A model generated the notes under the pieces. That model did not search any database. It worked only from the letters and a program-made list of their open reading frames with translations, and was not told where the DNA came from. A stretch of 64,000 nucleotides of DNA. It comes from Opitutia bacterium. Its GTDB lineage: Bacteria; Verrucomicrobiota; Verrucomicrobiia; Opitutales; Opitutaceae. Position numbers and translations under genes: made by a program. Location: contig CANJIU010000009.1 of the NCBI GenBank assembly GCA_947474365.1, forward strand, positions 64,457-128,456, written 5' to 3'. Below are positions 55,550-64,000 of this stretch, piece by piece (positions within the stretch are counted from its first letter, which is position 1; each line of letters begins with the position of its first letter).

Positions 55550-57208
55550 TCAGTCGCGGTCGTAACCGATGCTCAGAACAACGTCCTGAAGCTTCAGGTC
55601 CGGCCCCGAGTCGTTTCGGGAGACTTCGATCCGGTTGGCGCCCCGCTTAAGCTGGGTTGCCTCAATCCGGAAGTCGGCCCAGCCCTCAACGGATTCGGCC
55701 GGGGGCAATGTCGCCCCATTGAGAGTCACGACCAGCGCCTTCACCTCTGCCAACCGGGGAAGATCCAAATGCAGACGGGCCTCCACCTTGCGTCCCGTTA
55801 TTGCGGGGGAGGTGAGGTCGTCGCCAAATTCCAACGTGGTGGCGTACGTCTCGGAGCGGCGCAGGGTCGCGGGGCGCGCCGGCACCAGAATCGGAATGGT
55901 CTGGTGGGCGGTGCCTCCAACAAGCCAGGAGTTCGGGCTGCCATCCAAATCCGTGACAAAGTAAAGTTTTCGCGTCGGGGCGAGCGCCACCGGATCCCCC
56001 AGCTCGCGCCACAGGGGCGATTCGCGATTAATGTCGTAGAGATTGAACACGTAGAGACCGTCCGCGCCGGCCGCCCAAGCCTTTGCCGCCCGCCCACGGT
56101 AGGCCTCGACCGAGGCCCGCTTGAAGCGCGTCTCCTTCAGCACCCGCGGGTCCGTAAGGCTTGGATACACGGGAACGTTGTACCGGTGGCCGAGCTGCAC
56201 GCCATATTCCCACGGGTTGAGGCGGAAATAGTCGGTCAACGCGACGAGGTCGATCAGCCCCGCGGAGAGCCAAGCCTCAAGGTCGAGCCCCAGGTCGCGA
56301 CAGAAACCGACCGAGTCCGGCACCCGAATTAGCGTGAGGATCGGGCGGCCGCGCTGCAAACCGACCTCCTCCGTCATGACTCGCACGCGACGCATGAGGT
56401 CCGTCATCTCGGTTCGTTCCCGATCACTCGCCCGGCCGCCGTGCGCCGTGCTGGGGAAGTAGCAAAGGTGCCGGAAAAAATCGAGATCCACCCCGTCGAC
56501 GTCATAGCCACGGCAGACCTCCTCAAGGTAGCTGAAGGCAAGCTCACGCACTTCCGCGCGGCCATAGTTTACGGAGCTCCAACGGCCGAACTTGGAACGT
56601 TGCGTGGGATTGCCCACAAGCCAGTCAGCGTGCGCCTCTTTGAGCGGTGGAAAGAGGAAATACGGCTTCTGCGGCGTGTGCGCCACGTCGTGGGTGTCGT
56701 TCATGCGCATCGACCAAAACGCTTCCATGCCGTTCGCGCGCGCGTACGTGCTCACGAGCCGGAGGGTGTCAGTGCCCTGCGCGATCAAGTCGCCCGTGAT
56801 GTTCCGCCGCTGCGGCTGGATGCCGTAGTCAGCTCCCTGCCGGGTGAGGATTTCACCCGCGGAGGTCCGGTGCGTAAAGAAACCGAATCCGGAACTGATC
56901 GTGCAATAGGCAACTGCGTCGACCTGCGAGCCCCGCAGCCCGGTCGTGCGCCGGTTGAGAAACCCCTCGGGCGTGACGGGGAGGTCACTCGGATAGTAGA
57001 GCGCGTCGCAACCGTCGTTGTTGGCGATCAGGCGGCGCGGCGCATGCGCCTGCTTCGACCGGGCGGCGCGGAGTTCCGCCAGGGTCGTGATGCGGGAAGC
57101 GGTCGCAGTTTCCGCTGGAACGGCGGCGCGCGCTGTCGAGGCAGGAGTCAACAGCCCAGCGCCCGCGAGCAAAACGGTCCGAACGAGACGCAAACTGGGA
57201 ACAAGCAT
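55550..57208 (-). CDS. Secreted TIM-barrel glycoside-hydrolase-like protein (GHL10/DUF4015-like). Function unknown.
   Basis: Signal peptide. 552 aa. Product call tentative. Confidence 0.5.
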   Translation of the reverse strand: MLVPSLRLVRTVLLAGAGLLTPASTARAAVPAETATASRITTLAELRAARSKQAHAPRRLIANNDGCDALYYPSDLPVTPEGFLNRRTTGLRGSQVDAVAYCTISSGFGFFTHRTSAGEILTRQGADYGIQPQRRNITGDLIAQGTDTLRLVSTYARANGMEAFWSMRMNDTHDVAHTPQKPYFLFPPLKEAHADWLVGNPTQRSKFGRWSSVNYGRAEVRELAFSYLEEVCRGYDVDGVDLDFFRHLCYFPSTAHGGRASDRERTEMTDLMRRVRVMTEEVGLQRGRPILTLIRVPDSVGFCRDLGLDLEAWLSAGLIDLVALTDYFRLNPWEYGVQLGHRYNVPVYPSLTDPRVLKETRFKRASVEAYRGRAAKAWAAGADGLYVFNLYDINRESPLWRELGDPVALAPTRKLYFVTDLDGSPNSWLVGGTAHQTIPILVPARPATLRRSETYATTLEFGDDLTSPAITGRKVEARLHLDLPRLAEVKALVVTLNGATLPPAESVEGWADFRIEATQLKRGANRIEVSRNDSGPDLKLQDVVLSIGYDRD

Positions 57209-57237
57209 GATCAGAATGGAATTTGCGGCACGGTCGG

Positions 57238-59490
57238 TCAGCGTCCACTCCCGGCCAGCGTGTTCGGCACCGACCAGCGAAGGCGCGCCAGATAGGCCGG
57301 CCCACTCTTGACTGTGCTCGCCACGGTGATCCAGGTCTCGTCCTCGCTGATCGCCGCCGCATCAAAGTTGCCAATATCCACGCCGCGCTCCGGCACCGCC
57401 ACCTGCTCGGTACCGCGCATCACGTGGAGTTTCTCGGGATCGACCCGCGCGATGAACAGCGGCGCGCGATGGCGCGGGATGTGGTCGTTGTTTGCTCCCC
57501 GCCGCGTATAAACCAAAAAAAGTCCCTCGCTGTGCGTCACCCACTTTTGATGGGTGTTATAGCTGCCAAGGTCGGAGCCGTCATCAAAGGTCCACGCCTT
57601 GACCGGCCCGAAGTTCAATCCGTCCTCGCTCACCGCGACGTACCCTTTCTGGTCGTTGCGAATCGTCAGGTAGTAGCGTCCTTGAAACCGGGTGATCGAT
57701 TTCTCGTAGAGGCCGCGCGGCACCTCGTGCGTCAGCTCCCGTCCGGCTCCGACGAACCGCAGTTCGCCGCCCTCAAATTTCATCCGCGCCACCGCGCCGC
57801 GGAAGGAGAATTTCCACTTCGCATCCGCCACCCCGGGCCCGACCGCATAAAAGGGAACCAGCAGCGAGCCGTCCCGCTCCACCAGCCATTGCCCGTGCAC
57901 CCCGTTGATGAAGTACCGGTCGTCCGGATGCGCCGGCAACGGGAGGATTTTCCACGGGGTCCATTTGTCCGTAACGGGATCGTAGCTGATCCACGCGGTA
58001 TCGCGGCGGTCGCCCATGCCGCCGAAACCTTTTTTTGTATACCGTACCGTGTGCCCGATGCCAATCACCCGGCGGGACGGTGCGTGCCAGCCAAGCGTGA
58101 TGTCGCAGACGCCCATGTTCGACTCGGGATCAAGCGGGCGCCAGTCGAGCCCCGGATCCAGTCGCGGCGCCGTCCACGTCCGCCCAACGTCGTCACTGCG
58201 CAGCGTGCTCAGGCCGGAGAAAAAATCGCTGCCGATCGCCCGCTGAATCGTCATCACCACCCGCGGCGCGCCGCCCGCACTCGGAATCGCAACCGCGCGG
58301 GGTTGAAACCAGCTGCCGCCCTCGGTCGCGGCCGGCAGCATTTCTCTGACGTCCAGCGTGTACGTCAGCGCCGCCCCGCCCTCCCGCCGAAGCTCATCCA
58401 AAGTCAGATTGATCACCCCCAGGTGGTATCGCTGGTGCGCGGGAATTCCATCGGCGTAGTACGACACGAGGATCCGGCCGCCGGGCATCTCGACCGCGTC
58501 GGGGTAACCGCAATCGCCGGTTTCGAGCGCCACCAGGCGCTGCGGTTTGGTCCACGTCCGGCCTCCGTCCCCGCTGGTGCGGGCATCGATCCCGCGATCA
58601 CCCGGCGTGCGGTTGCCGTAGGTCAGCAGGACGCGTCCGTCGCTCAATTTGAGGAGATGCGCCGACGAAACCGGCTTCACCCCGAGCGTCGTCACAGGCC
58701 GCCAGGTGAACGCGTCGTCGTCGGACGCGAAAATTTCGAGGTCGAGATGTTCGAAACGCCGGCTCGCGGCCAGCCAGCGCCCGCCGCCGAGGTGCAGCAT
58801 CGCCGCCTCCACATGCCGGTCCTTGACGATCGGGGCGAAATGCTTCCACGTGCGGCCGCCATCCCGGCTGCGCGCAGCATAGATGTTTCCCGTCTTCGGC
58901 TTCGTGAACGCGTAGGTGCCGGCGACCAAGTCACCGTTCGCCGCCAATTGAATGTCGCCGAACGGCACCTGCCAGCTCAGGCCCTCCACCGCCGGCAGTA
59001 CCGGACCCAATTGCTCCCAGGTTTTCCCGCCGTCGCGGGAAATCGCCCCGACCGTCTGAATCGTCCTGCTCTCGGCGTTGCGGCGCGGCGCAATCTTGTC
59101 CCAGCCGTTGCACAGCACGACGAGATCGCCGTCCGCATTCAGTCCGGCTCCATGGTTCATGCGCACCGTTTCCGGCGCGTGACGCGTGACCGTGCTCAGG
59201 TATTTCCAAAATCGCCTGTCCGCGCTGCCCCAGCACTCGACGTCCCCCTCGGTGAAACCGTGATTCGGCTGATTGAACACGATCGCAACCAGCGAGCCGT
59301 CCCGCAGGGCCACCACGTTCGGCCAGGCGCACACGTTGTCGATCGCGACCAGACGCCGTGGTATTCCCCCGGCCTGCAGGCTCGCCGGCACCTGGTCCGG
59401 CAATCCGGCCGGCAGCCCCGCGCCCAACGCGCGGCCAAGGCACATGACGATCAATCCGCGGCGTATCGCCCGCAGGAAAACGCGCTTCAT
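57238..59490 (-). CDS. Tandem BNR/Asp-box sialidase-like (BNR_2) glycoside hydrolase
   Basis: Start MKRVFLRAIRRGLIVMCLGRALGAG (ATG 59490). Asp boxes SRDGGKTWEQL, SRDGGRTWKHF, SGDGGRTWTKP and SDDVGRTWTAP. Two propeller-like halves. Its start codon lies 1 bp after the TBDR stop, on the same strand. Confidence 0.75.
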   Translation of the reverse strand: MKRVFLRAIRRGLIVMCLGRALGAGLPAGLPDQVPASLQAGGIPRRLVAIDNVCAWPNVVALRDGSLVAIVFNQPNHGFTEGDVECWGSADRRFWKYLSTVTRHAPETVRMNHGAGLNADGDLVVLCNGWDKIAPRRNAESRTIQTVGAISRDGGKTWEQLGPVLPAVEGLSWQVPFGDIQLAANGDLVAGTYAFTKPKTGNIYAARSRDGGRTWKHFAPIVKDRHVEAAMLHLGGGRWLAASRRFEHLDLEIFASDDDAFTWRPVTTLGVKPVSSAHLLKLSDGRVLLTYGNRTPGDRGIDARTSGDGGRTWTKPQRLVALETGDCGYPDAVEMPGGRILVSYYADGIPAHQRYHLGVINLTLDELRREGGAALTYTLDVREMLPAATEGGSWFQPRAVAIPSAGGAPRVVMTIQRAIGSDFFSGLSTLRSDDVGRTWTAPRLDPGLDWRPLDPESNMGVCDITLGWHAPSRRVIGIGHTVRYTKKGFGGMGDRRDTAWISYDPVTDKWTPWKILPLPAHPDDRYFINGVHGQWLVERDGSLLVPFYAVGPGVADAKWKFSFRGAVARMKFEGGELRFVGAGRELTHEVPRGLYEKSITRFQGRYYLTIRNDQKGYVAVSEDGLNFGPVKAWTFDDGSDLGSYNTHQKWVTHSEGLFLVYTRRGANNDHIPRHRAPLFIARVDPEKLHVMRGTEQVAVPERGVDIGNFDAAAISEDETWITVASTVKSGPAYLARLRWSVPNTLAGSGR

Positions 59491-59491
59491 G

Positions 59492-62400
59492 TTAAAACTC
59501 CCCCCGCAGGCCAAGCACATACTCGATGCCGTTGTCCCGATACTGGGTCGGACGGACATAGTCCGGCGCTCCCGGCGAGTAGGTCATGTTCCGATACAGC
59601 GCATTGGAAAGGTTCTGGCCGGACAGATGCAATGTCAGGCGCCGGGTCACGCGGTATTCGAGCGAACCCCCGACCAGGGTCCGCGGCGCCAGGCTCGTGT
59701 AGGTGCCGGCCGGGGTCGTGGCGTTGGCCGCCACCACGGCATTGCGCGGGCCGTTCGAATTCGTGACATTCACCTTCACCGCGAAGTTCGACCGGGCAAA
59801 CGAGGCGCCCCAGTTGACGATGCGCGTCGAATAACCCGCAAAGTTATCCGCCCCGGCGCCGCCCAGGCGCAAATGGGTGCCGTTGACAAACACGCCGAAC
59901 GACCGGGCCCACGTCGGCAACGCCGCGAACGGGCGAAACGACTGCCGCCAGCTCCACTCCAATCCGTCGATCACCGCGCTGTTCGCCGAGTTCTCCCGGG
60001 TGATGATCTCGTAGTCGCCGGTCAGCAGATCCGCCGGCAGCCCGTATTGCTCCAGCAGCGCCTGCGACGCGGGAATGCGGACCGAAGTGAAAAAACCCGT
60101 GATCTCCTTGCGAAAAGCGCTAACCGAAAAGGTCGCGCCCTTGTACTCGTAAGACTCGAGCGTCAGGTCGTAGTTGTCCGCCGTCCACGGTTTCAATCCC
60201 GTGTTGACCACCGTAATCGTGCGGGGCGCCACCGAGGGATCCGAAATCGACGTGCCGGGCGTGATGAAACTGAGATCCGGCCGGCCAATCGTCCCGGCAT
60301 AGGCGGCGCGCAGGACGAAGTTCGTCCCGAGGTTGTAGCTGGCATTTACGCTCGGATAGAAATCCTGGTACGTTTTTTCGGTGAACGCCGCGCGCTCCTT
60401 GAACTGCAGTTTCGCGAGCGCCAGTGCATCGGTCGTGATCAGGGTCGGACGCCCGTTGCTCCCGAGCGCAACCCGGCCCGCCGCGTCCTTCACGTAGGTG
60501 TTGCGGATGTCGTTGAGCGGCCCGAGCCCCTCGTCCGCGGTGTGCTCAAAACGGACCCCGGCGACAATCCACAGCCGGTTCTCCAGCGCTTTGACGTCGG
60601 TGCGCACGTAGCCGGCCGAGATGGTCTCATCCAGTTTCTTGGAGTTGTTGACCCGGTTCGTGTAGGCCGCCGAGTCGTTCAGCTGAAACCAGTCGGCATG
60701 CTGGCGGTACAGGTCATAGAGCTTGGTCGTGCTCAGCCAGTTCACCTTGAGGCCGCCATTGTACGATCGCCGCGCCGAATAGGAATCGGCACCCAGGTCG
60801 TAGGCGCCGACGAGCTGCCCGCCCGCGGCCGCCGGCGGCCGAAAGTTCCACGACAGGCTCTCCGTCCAGTTGTCGCGTTCCGTCTTCTCGACGGAAACGC
60901 CGGCCTTGAGCGTGAGCGGCAGCGCGGTGGCAAAGGTCCGGGTGGCGTTGGCCGCCGCCGCCCCGACCACGTTTTTGAAAAACATCCGGCCGCTCGCAGC
61001 GGTGTTGAGCGTGTATTGCCGAACATCGTACGGGTCGACGGCCGCCCCCGTGCGCGACTTCACCGTGAGGCGCGGCATCGTCATCGATCCGATGCCGTCG
61101 AGGCCCTGCGCCGACACCACCACGTTGGAGAGCGTCGCGGCCATCGTGCCAAAGGTCCCCTCGTCCACGTCGCTGAACAGGCGGCGCGCCTCCGAGTAGG
61201 ACGTCACCCAGTCAAACTTCCACTGGTCGCCCGCATAGGTGTGGCTGATCCGGCCGTTGAGCAGGCGCCGGTACTGGTTGATATTCTGGCCCGCCGTCAC
61301 CCCGAGGCTGCCGACGCCGGCGGCGGGGCCGTCCGTGAACTTCTCGCCGCCGGTCGCACCCGCGCCAAAATTGTAGCTGAAGACATTCTGGCGCGTATAC
61401 GCGTCCTGGAGCGACAGGTCGAAACGCGCCCGGAAAATGCTCCGGCCCGTCTTCCAGTCGGCGCCGACCGCCGCGATGTCCTTGGTGAAGATATTGATGA
61501 CGGAATTCAGCGTCCCCGATGTCTGGACCAGGCGCACGCGGTCCCAGGTCGGCGAGATATATTCGCGATCCTGATACCGCGCGTTGTGGGCGAGGTTGAA
61601 GGTGAATGCCAGCGCCGGGTTGACCGGCCGGCTGTAGCTCAAGTCGAATCCCGGCTGCACCGGCCGCATCGTCGTCTTGGCGTCCGTGCCGGCATACGGG
61701 TGGATTCCGTGGGGCAGGTTTTCCTGCCCGCCCTTGGCCTGGAGCGTCGCGAAGAAGTTGTAGCGGAACAACGGTGTGCTCCGATTGAATCCGCTCTTCG
61801 ACACCATGTTGATCGACCCGCCGACGGCGTTCGCCGGCAGATCCGGCGTGGGGACCTTCGTCACCTCGATGCGATCGAGATTTGCGGTGCTCGTGCCGCT
61901 GAAATTGTAGGCGCGCGACGCCGGGTCGTTGCTGGCGGCCTGCGCGCCGTCGAACATCACGAGCGTGCCACTCGACGACATGCCGCGCAGCCCGATGCCC
62001 TCCACCTCCCCGGTGGTGTTGTAGACGTTGCTCACTCCCGGGACGTAAGTGAGAAAATGACCGGGATTCGTGATGCCCAAATCGCCAAATTCCTCCATCG
62101 ACACGACGTTCTTGATGTTGGCCGCACTGCGTTGCTCGTGCAGTGCACTGCCCTGGGCCGTCAGTTCGCGCTCCTCCACTGTGAAGGCGGCGAGACGTAC
62201 GATGCCGGAGCCATCCTTCGACTGGCCGTCGAGCGACAACTCCATGTCCACCCGCACGGTCTGTCCGGCGCCAACGGTGACCACTCTCGACTGCGAGCCG
62301 AGACCGGTGAACGAGATCGTGAGCTCCGCACTGCCCGCCGGGACCGACGCCAGACGGAACGCACCGTTTTCATCCGTCGCCGCCTCGGTGTTCAGGCCTT

Positions 62401-62575
62401 TGACCGTCACCCGCGCATTATGGAGATAGTTGCCGCTGGTCGCGTTCAGCACGGTGCCTTGGATCACACCCGTACTCGCCCCCTGGCCGGACAAGGAAAC
62501 GGCGGCGGCTAGGGCGGACAGGCAGGCCAGCACTGGACGCCAGAGGGAACGGATCGGCAAGCAGGAGACGTTCAT
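59492..62575 (-). CDS. TonB-dependent receptor with CarbopepD_reg N-terminal domain
   Basis: Signal peptide MNVSCLPIRSLWRPVLACLSALAAAVSLSGQ. CarbopepD_reg region (VIQGTVLNATSGNYLHNARVTVKGLN). Plug and barrel. C-terminal ...LGLRGEF. 1027 aa. Confidence 0.9.
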   Translation of the reverse strand: MNVSCLPIRSLWRPVLACLSALAAAVSLSGQGASTGVIQGTVLNATSGNYLHNARVTVKGLNTEAATDENGAFRLASVPAGSAELTISFTGLGSQSRVVTVGAGQTVRVDMELSLDGQSKDGSGIVRLAAFTVEERELTAQGSALHEQRSAANIKNVVSMEEFGDLGITNPGHFLTYVPGVSNVYNTTGEVEGIGLRGMSSSGTLVMFDGAQAASNDPASRAYNFSGTSTANLDRIEVTKVPTPDLPANAVGGSINMVSKSGFNRSTPLFRYNFFATLQAKGGQENLPHGIHPYAGTDAKTTMRPVQPGFDLSYSRPVNPALAFTFNLAHNARYQDREYISPTWDRVRLVQTSGTLNSVINIFTKDIAAVGADWKTGRSIFRARFDLSLQDAYTRQNVFSYNFGAGATGGEKFTDGPAAGVGSLGVTAGQNINQYRRLLNGRISHTYAGDQWKFDWVTSYSEARRLFSDVDEGTFGTMAATLSNVVVSAQGLDGIGSMTMPRLTVKSRTGAAVDPYDVRQYTLNTAASGRMFFKNVVGAAAANATRTFATALPLTLKAGVSVEKTERDNWTESLSWNFRPPAAAGGQLVGAYDLGADSYSARRSYNGGLKVNWLSTTKLYDLYRQHADWFQLNDSAAYTNRVNNSKKLDETISAGYVRTDVKALENRLWIVAGVRFEHTADEGLGPLNDIRNTYVKDAAGRVALGSNGRPTLITTDALALAKLQFKERAAFTEKTYQDFYPSVNASYNLGTNFVLRAAYAGTIGRPDLSFITPGTSISDPSVAPRTITVVNTGLKPWTADNYDLTLESYEYKGATFSVSAFRKEITGFFTSVRIPASQALLEQYGLPADLLTGDYEIITRENSANSAVIDGLEWSWRQSFRPFAALPTWARSFGVFVNGTHLRLGGAGADNFAGYSTRIVNWGASFARSNFAVKVNVTNSNGPRNAVVAANATTPAGTYTSLAPRTLVGGSLEYRVTRRLTLHLSGQNLSNALYRNMTYSPGAPDYVRPTQYRDNGIEYVLGLRGEF

Positions 62576-62740
62576 GATGAATTCGGTTTGGACTGCATCC
62601 GGACTTCGCCCGGGTCGAGGGTCCGGAAGAAAGGGTGAATCGGGTGGAGAAAGCTTCGCCGCCCACGCTGAAATCAGAAGCGAATTTTTCTGGCCACATT
62701 ACGATACCAGTGCCCCTCTTTCTCAGGCAAGGGCGCCGCG

Positions 62741-63879
62741 TCAACCCCGCCCGGGAACCACGGATAAAATGAAATGCGTGGACGGCGCATCGCCCTGAAA
62801 CTGCACGCCTGCGTTTGAGCTGCTGCCGTTGCCGTCCTCGACCACCGCGCGCACGAGATGCGCCCCGAACCCGACGAGTGCCACCGGCAGGTCATACTGC
62901 CACTTTGTCGCTCCGTTCCATGCCCCGCCGACTGTGGCGGTGCCCCGGGAGAACCTCATCCACCTAGACCTTCACACTCCCACCGGCAAACCTCGTCGCG
63001 ACATTTGGCGTCACCCAACCCTGCAGCCGCACGATTTGATCGACGCGCACGGAGGGCCGCGCCGACGGCGGAATCGCTCCGAGCAACACCGTGCAGTCAC
63101 CCACAATCAGCGCATCAATCCACGCCGTGGGAGCCTGATACTTGAACTGCCGCACGGCCTGCCGGAGCGCATCACCAAAGTGCGTGCCGAATTTGGTGTT
63201 GTCCATGATCGTCACCGACAACTCCGCCTTGGCTCGTCGTTCTCGGATCCAAACTCGGCCCAAGTGGTGAGGATGAACTTCGGATTCAGTGCTCGTGCCG
63301 CCACCAATGCCGGAGAGAGCACCAACGTGGCGCCGGTCGCGCCCGCCACGTCGACGCCGTCCTTGCGCCACTGACACTGCGGCGGACTGCCGGTCGAGAC
63401 GACGGTGAGGACGACTCTTTCTCCCACGTTTGCGACGGTACCCGCGGGTGGAATGCATACGCGCCCGGCTGCGCCGGAAGCGTCACCAGTCAGATCTCCC
63501 TCGGAGCCACCCCCTCGAGTGGCAGATAGCTCAGGTGCGCCCCGTCTTGATCGCGCACCTCCAAAAAATAGCTGCCGCCCCAACGAACGTCGCCCGCGTT
63601 TGTCACGCTCGCCGCAAATTGAATCGTCTGCCCGATACGGCCGGTCGCGGGCAAATTGACAAAATTCCACGTCACTGCGTTGCGCGCCGCATGCAGCCGC
63701 GGCCCCAGCACGAAGAGCGCGATAACGATAAGAAAGGTGCGGCCGAACCGCCGTTTCAAACCGGGCATCGGTGGTGGGGAGCAGAAAGTGGGAGGGGCAT
63801 CTCCCAAGCACGGCGTCCGGAGCAAGCCTGCGCATCGGAAATGTGCGGCGGACTCACGCCCAATTCCTCCGACCGCCAC
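62741..63879 (-). pseudogene. Possible frameshifted remnant of a secreted Ig-like-domain protein. Four consecutive minus-strand ORF fragments in three frames.
   Basis: Fragments 63490..63879 (signal-like MPGLKRRFGRTFLIVIALFVLGP), 63212..63835 (Ig-like ...VVLTVVSTGSPPQCQWRKDGVDVAGATGATLVLSPA, resembling the YQWQKDG domains of 4304..6403), 62964..63458 and 62741..62959. No single intact frame spans the region. Confidence 0.3.
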
Positions 63880-63942
63880 CGTTTATGTTTTGCACCGGCG
63901 GGCACGCCCCCCCGGAATGCGGCGATCTTAACTTACCCGTCC

Positions 63943-64000
63943 ATGCATCTCACCCACCTCGCCTGCACCCTCTGCGGTCAAAAACACGACGCCAACGTCG
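63943..64000 (+). CDS. 5' end of an ORF (MHLTHLACTLCGQKHDANV...), truncated by the window end. Product unknown (N-terminal CxxC).
   Basis: ATG at 63943 followed by an open frame to the window end. Only 19 codons are visible. Confidence 0.25.
   Translation, partial: MHLTHLACTLCGQKHDANV

Noticed and set aside
57223-62512. Plus-strand ORFs of 847 and 1079 aa
   Set aside because: Antisense to the BNR hydrolase and TBDR genes. Arg/Pro-rich.

Overview
High-GC (~65-68%) bacterial chromosomal segment. The gene content suggests Verrucomicrobiota (Opitutales-like): a PVC-type membrane-bound dehydrogenase/heme-binding protein, several TonB-dependent receptors with CarbopepD_reg N-termini, a sulfatase and Tat-signal periplasmic enzymes. 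This assignment is inference from gene content only.

I count about 40 protein-coding genes, densely packed. I found no rRNA, tRNA or CRISPR array.

Themes:
- Glycan (pectin / rhamnogalacturonan) and possibly sialoglycan harvesting: a CE12-like acetylesterase, a PL11-like lyase, an HpcH aldolase, a NanM-like Kelch protein, a tandem BNR sialidase-like protein and TonB-dependent receptors.
- Regulation: TetR, GntR/LacI, GlnD and two orphan histidine kinases.
- A MacAB-like efflux system with two FtsX permeases, and two beta-lactamase-fold serine hydrolases.
- A zeta-toxin-like P-loop kinase with no epsilon partner.
- An orphan HNH endonuclease bordering a lower-GC patch with no assignable function.

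The most unusual signal is non-coding. A 1.3-kb gene-free region (26842-28111) is built almost entirely of diverged direct repeats, internal inverted repeats and a small tandem array. Two of its repeat units recur in other intergenic regions of the window, 10-20 kb away: upstream of glnD, and between the SGNH hydrolase and the Ig-like protein. No canonical novel multi-gene defense system is evident. Candidate undescribed elements are the dispersed intergenic repeat family, the TBDR-coupled periplasmic dehydrogenase operon, a Tat-exported enolase-superfamily enzyme, and a flotillin / APC-Usp / zeta-kinase neighbourhood. Product calls are from motif recognition by eye; no database search was run.
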